Shown here one piece after another: positions 61,526 through 64,000 of a DNA stretch of 64,000 bases; position 1 is the stretch's first letter, and each line of letters opens with the position of its first letter. Made by a program: the position numbers and the translations under genes. The stretch lies in NCBI GenBank assembly GCA_013265495.1, contig MU058796.1, positions 124,001 through 188,000 on the forward strand, given 5' to 3'. The notes under the pieces are model-generated. The model searched no databases. It saw nothing but the letters and a program-made list of their open reading frames with translations, and was not told the DNA's origin. The DNA is from Vicugna vicugna. Lineage: Eukaryota.

Positions 61526-64000
61526 CTGATGTTTTTGTCTGGTTCAAAACTTGTCTCTGAAGGCAATCCAAAAAGGACTCATAAGACATCAACGTTTTTG
61601 TCATAAGTGTTAACTTTGGGAAAAAAAAATGTATATACATCCTGAGGTTTTAAAAGCTAAATCTGATTATTTGTGATTCAATGCAGAGTATTTACTACAA
61701 ATTGATAAAACTTTAATAAAATGTACAGTGCTAATAAGCAGGTGAGAATTATTTAAAAATGGATATCAAGTTATATACATCATTATTTCTGGTTTTCTCC
61801 CAGAATACCACATATAGATTCTGAATTTATCTCTTGCCTCCAGAGTCACAGAAATCTTCCCCTATGCCCTTTATTCGTTCAGACTGCACATGGAGATACA
61901 CTTCTCATGCTTCGGATATAAGAGTTGGAAAACTTATATCATGTGTGGCAGATTTCCAAATGATTGAATACTTTCATTTCTAATTCTAGTTTGTGATTAT
62001 TGATTCAACAGGGGAAAAGTAACTTTAACAAAATGTGTGTACCTGTTTGAAATGTCTAAGACTTCAGAAATGTAGCAGGAAGTGATGAGACTACCAGATG
62101 CAAGTAATGGTAGTAATTGCATGAATATAAAACAAAGAAATATAAAAGAGGCCTAATCTGAAGTTTAAGCAATATAAACAGATGCAAAGATATATTAGAA
62201 AAATGGCAATACTGAAGTACAAAGGCGCTAAAATTGTGTATTCAATAATATTGTCAACTCACATAAACATTTCAAGGTTATACTCTAGAGTTTGAGGCAA
62301 AGATTATCTGAATATTCATTTACTTGAAAAATGAGCAGGCTGAAGAGGAGATGTAGAAAAATGTACACATGTGTCAGTCTAAAGTACATTTTCCTCATAA
62401 ATACTTAAAAACTGCTGGTTTCTTAGCTATACTTAGTAGTATCTTTATTTGATTCAATGAAATATTTTAGTAAAGAATGTACATTACTTATAAACTTTTT
62501 GTTTGTTTGTAAAAAAAAAAGTAAAACTGCTGATCTTGAGTGATTTTTCTTTTATCCTTTTTCCAATCTAGTATTTTGATTATCTTTACCTATTATATTT
62601 AAAACTCTTGTGACTTTGCATGTGTAGTTTGAATTAACAAAAATGAAGAAATGCAAATAGTAAATGTTAAATGTACATAGAAGTGATTTTTATGTGACTA
62701 TTTTTGTAAAATGACCAAAGAAGTGGAAAACACTTAAAATTCTATTAACTTTTTAATATGAATTTTGAAGTAAATTTGTATATGTTTTATAAGTTCAAAA
62801 TTCAGTTAAGTGTGAAGAACTTCCTTCTGGTGATGACAGTCTTAAACTGACATCACATGAGAAAAAGAAATGTAATAAAACCTAGAAATAGTTAGATTAT
62901 TACTAGAAAAAAATGGAATGTAAATGAGAAATAGTTGGGCCCAGACGTGCTGTAGTACAAGTGTGTTTCTAATTATGGATAATCATCACTGTGTAATATT
63001 TAAACTTAAACTAAAAATGCTTCATTTCTGAACTTGGAAAAACTGATTCCATATGAATAAAATCATCCTCAAAATTGGATATAATGTTCAATATTCTGAG
63101 TTCAGAAAGATATTTAAAATAGTAAGGCATTTAATATCGCCATCCAGATACTGTTCTGTTGTGCTGATGCAGAGTGTACTACTGACGTCGATCAGAGATT
63201 TGCTGATGTAGGGACTGATGAACATACTTCCTTTCTGGATTTCTTCCTCATCCAGAAACAGAATAGGAAATTCTGTTTGGGGAATAGAAAAGTATGTGAG
63301 CAGTATAAAATGACTTGAATTATGGCCCTTTCTGACATCAAATATATAATGTATATTTTTAGTCTAGAAACAAATATTAAAAAAGTATATGTGAGTGATA
63401 GACAAAACTTGCAAAAAAGAAATTTAAAAATCCTTTTAAAAATACAGAATCCTAGTATTCTATTCATACTATTGAGAAATAGCCACATCTAAATGTTACA
63501 CAGCTCTGACTATCACAAGAGGCGGAGTTATTCAGTCTCAAGGAGATATGTGAAATACATATCAGGAGCAAAAACAAACAAACAAAATCCTTAAAAATGA
63601 AATGCAGTAGCATGATAGCTGAGCAGATGCAATATCTCATTGCCTGGCACAGCACAGTTACAAGACAGTACATCACAGTAGCCAAAAGCTAAACTCCTGG
63701 TGAAAGAATATTTTCTGTTCATCAAACATAGGCCACTGATTACATTAAGTATTTATCTCTATATATCACTGGCTACCTGCCTATCTTTAATTTCAGGCCC
63801 TTGAAATTTTATCTCATGAAATATTAAGATATGCTTGTGCTCTCCTATTTTTAGTCCTATTTTCTCAAAAGTGTTCTATTTGTATAATACATCAAAAAAG
63901 AAGACAGAGTGCCTGTATGTTTCTTCCCTTTGTTGGGACATGTGGAAGGAAGGGAGTGGAGGTTATTTTGGGTGCAAGTTTGTCTCTGGTCAGCTGAAAC

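Noticed and set aside
1..64000. Assignment to a known recursively spliced gene such as PDE4D; prokaryote-type systems (CRISPR, operons); tRNA/rRNA or NUMT
   Set aside because: No PDE4D or other recognisable exon was found; the sequence is mammalian, with no repeat-spacer array and no tRNA/rRNA or mitochondrial similarity that I could see.

Overview
AT-rich placental-mammal genomic DNA. It is most likely camelid: the young LINE-1 3' ends are of the camelid/cetartiodactyl type, and I found no Alu, B1/B2, Bov-A/BovB, CHR, PRE-1 or Can-SINE elements. No protein-coding exon, RNA gene or processed pseudogene could be recognised; the ORF-track ORFs are short and either repeat-derived or unrecognisable. 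The window reads as intronic or intergenic sequence with many old repeats (MIR, L2, MER5A, MER33, MER63, MLT1, L1M), three younger L1 3' fragments, microsatellites, one small CpG island (~22.8-23.3 kb) and one 14-N assembly gap with duplicated flanks. The best leads are a textbook recursive-splice-site motif with a downstream 'RS-exon' on the minus strand (24186-24445), the orphan CpG island with candidate non-coding exons, a compact STAT/BCL6 + NF-kB palindrome cassette (17048-17083) and a doubly truncated L1 with a target-site duplication. Repeat families were called by eye from remembered consensus sequences and their boundaries are approximate. The host gene was not identified, and I found no evidence of a wholly new biological system.
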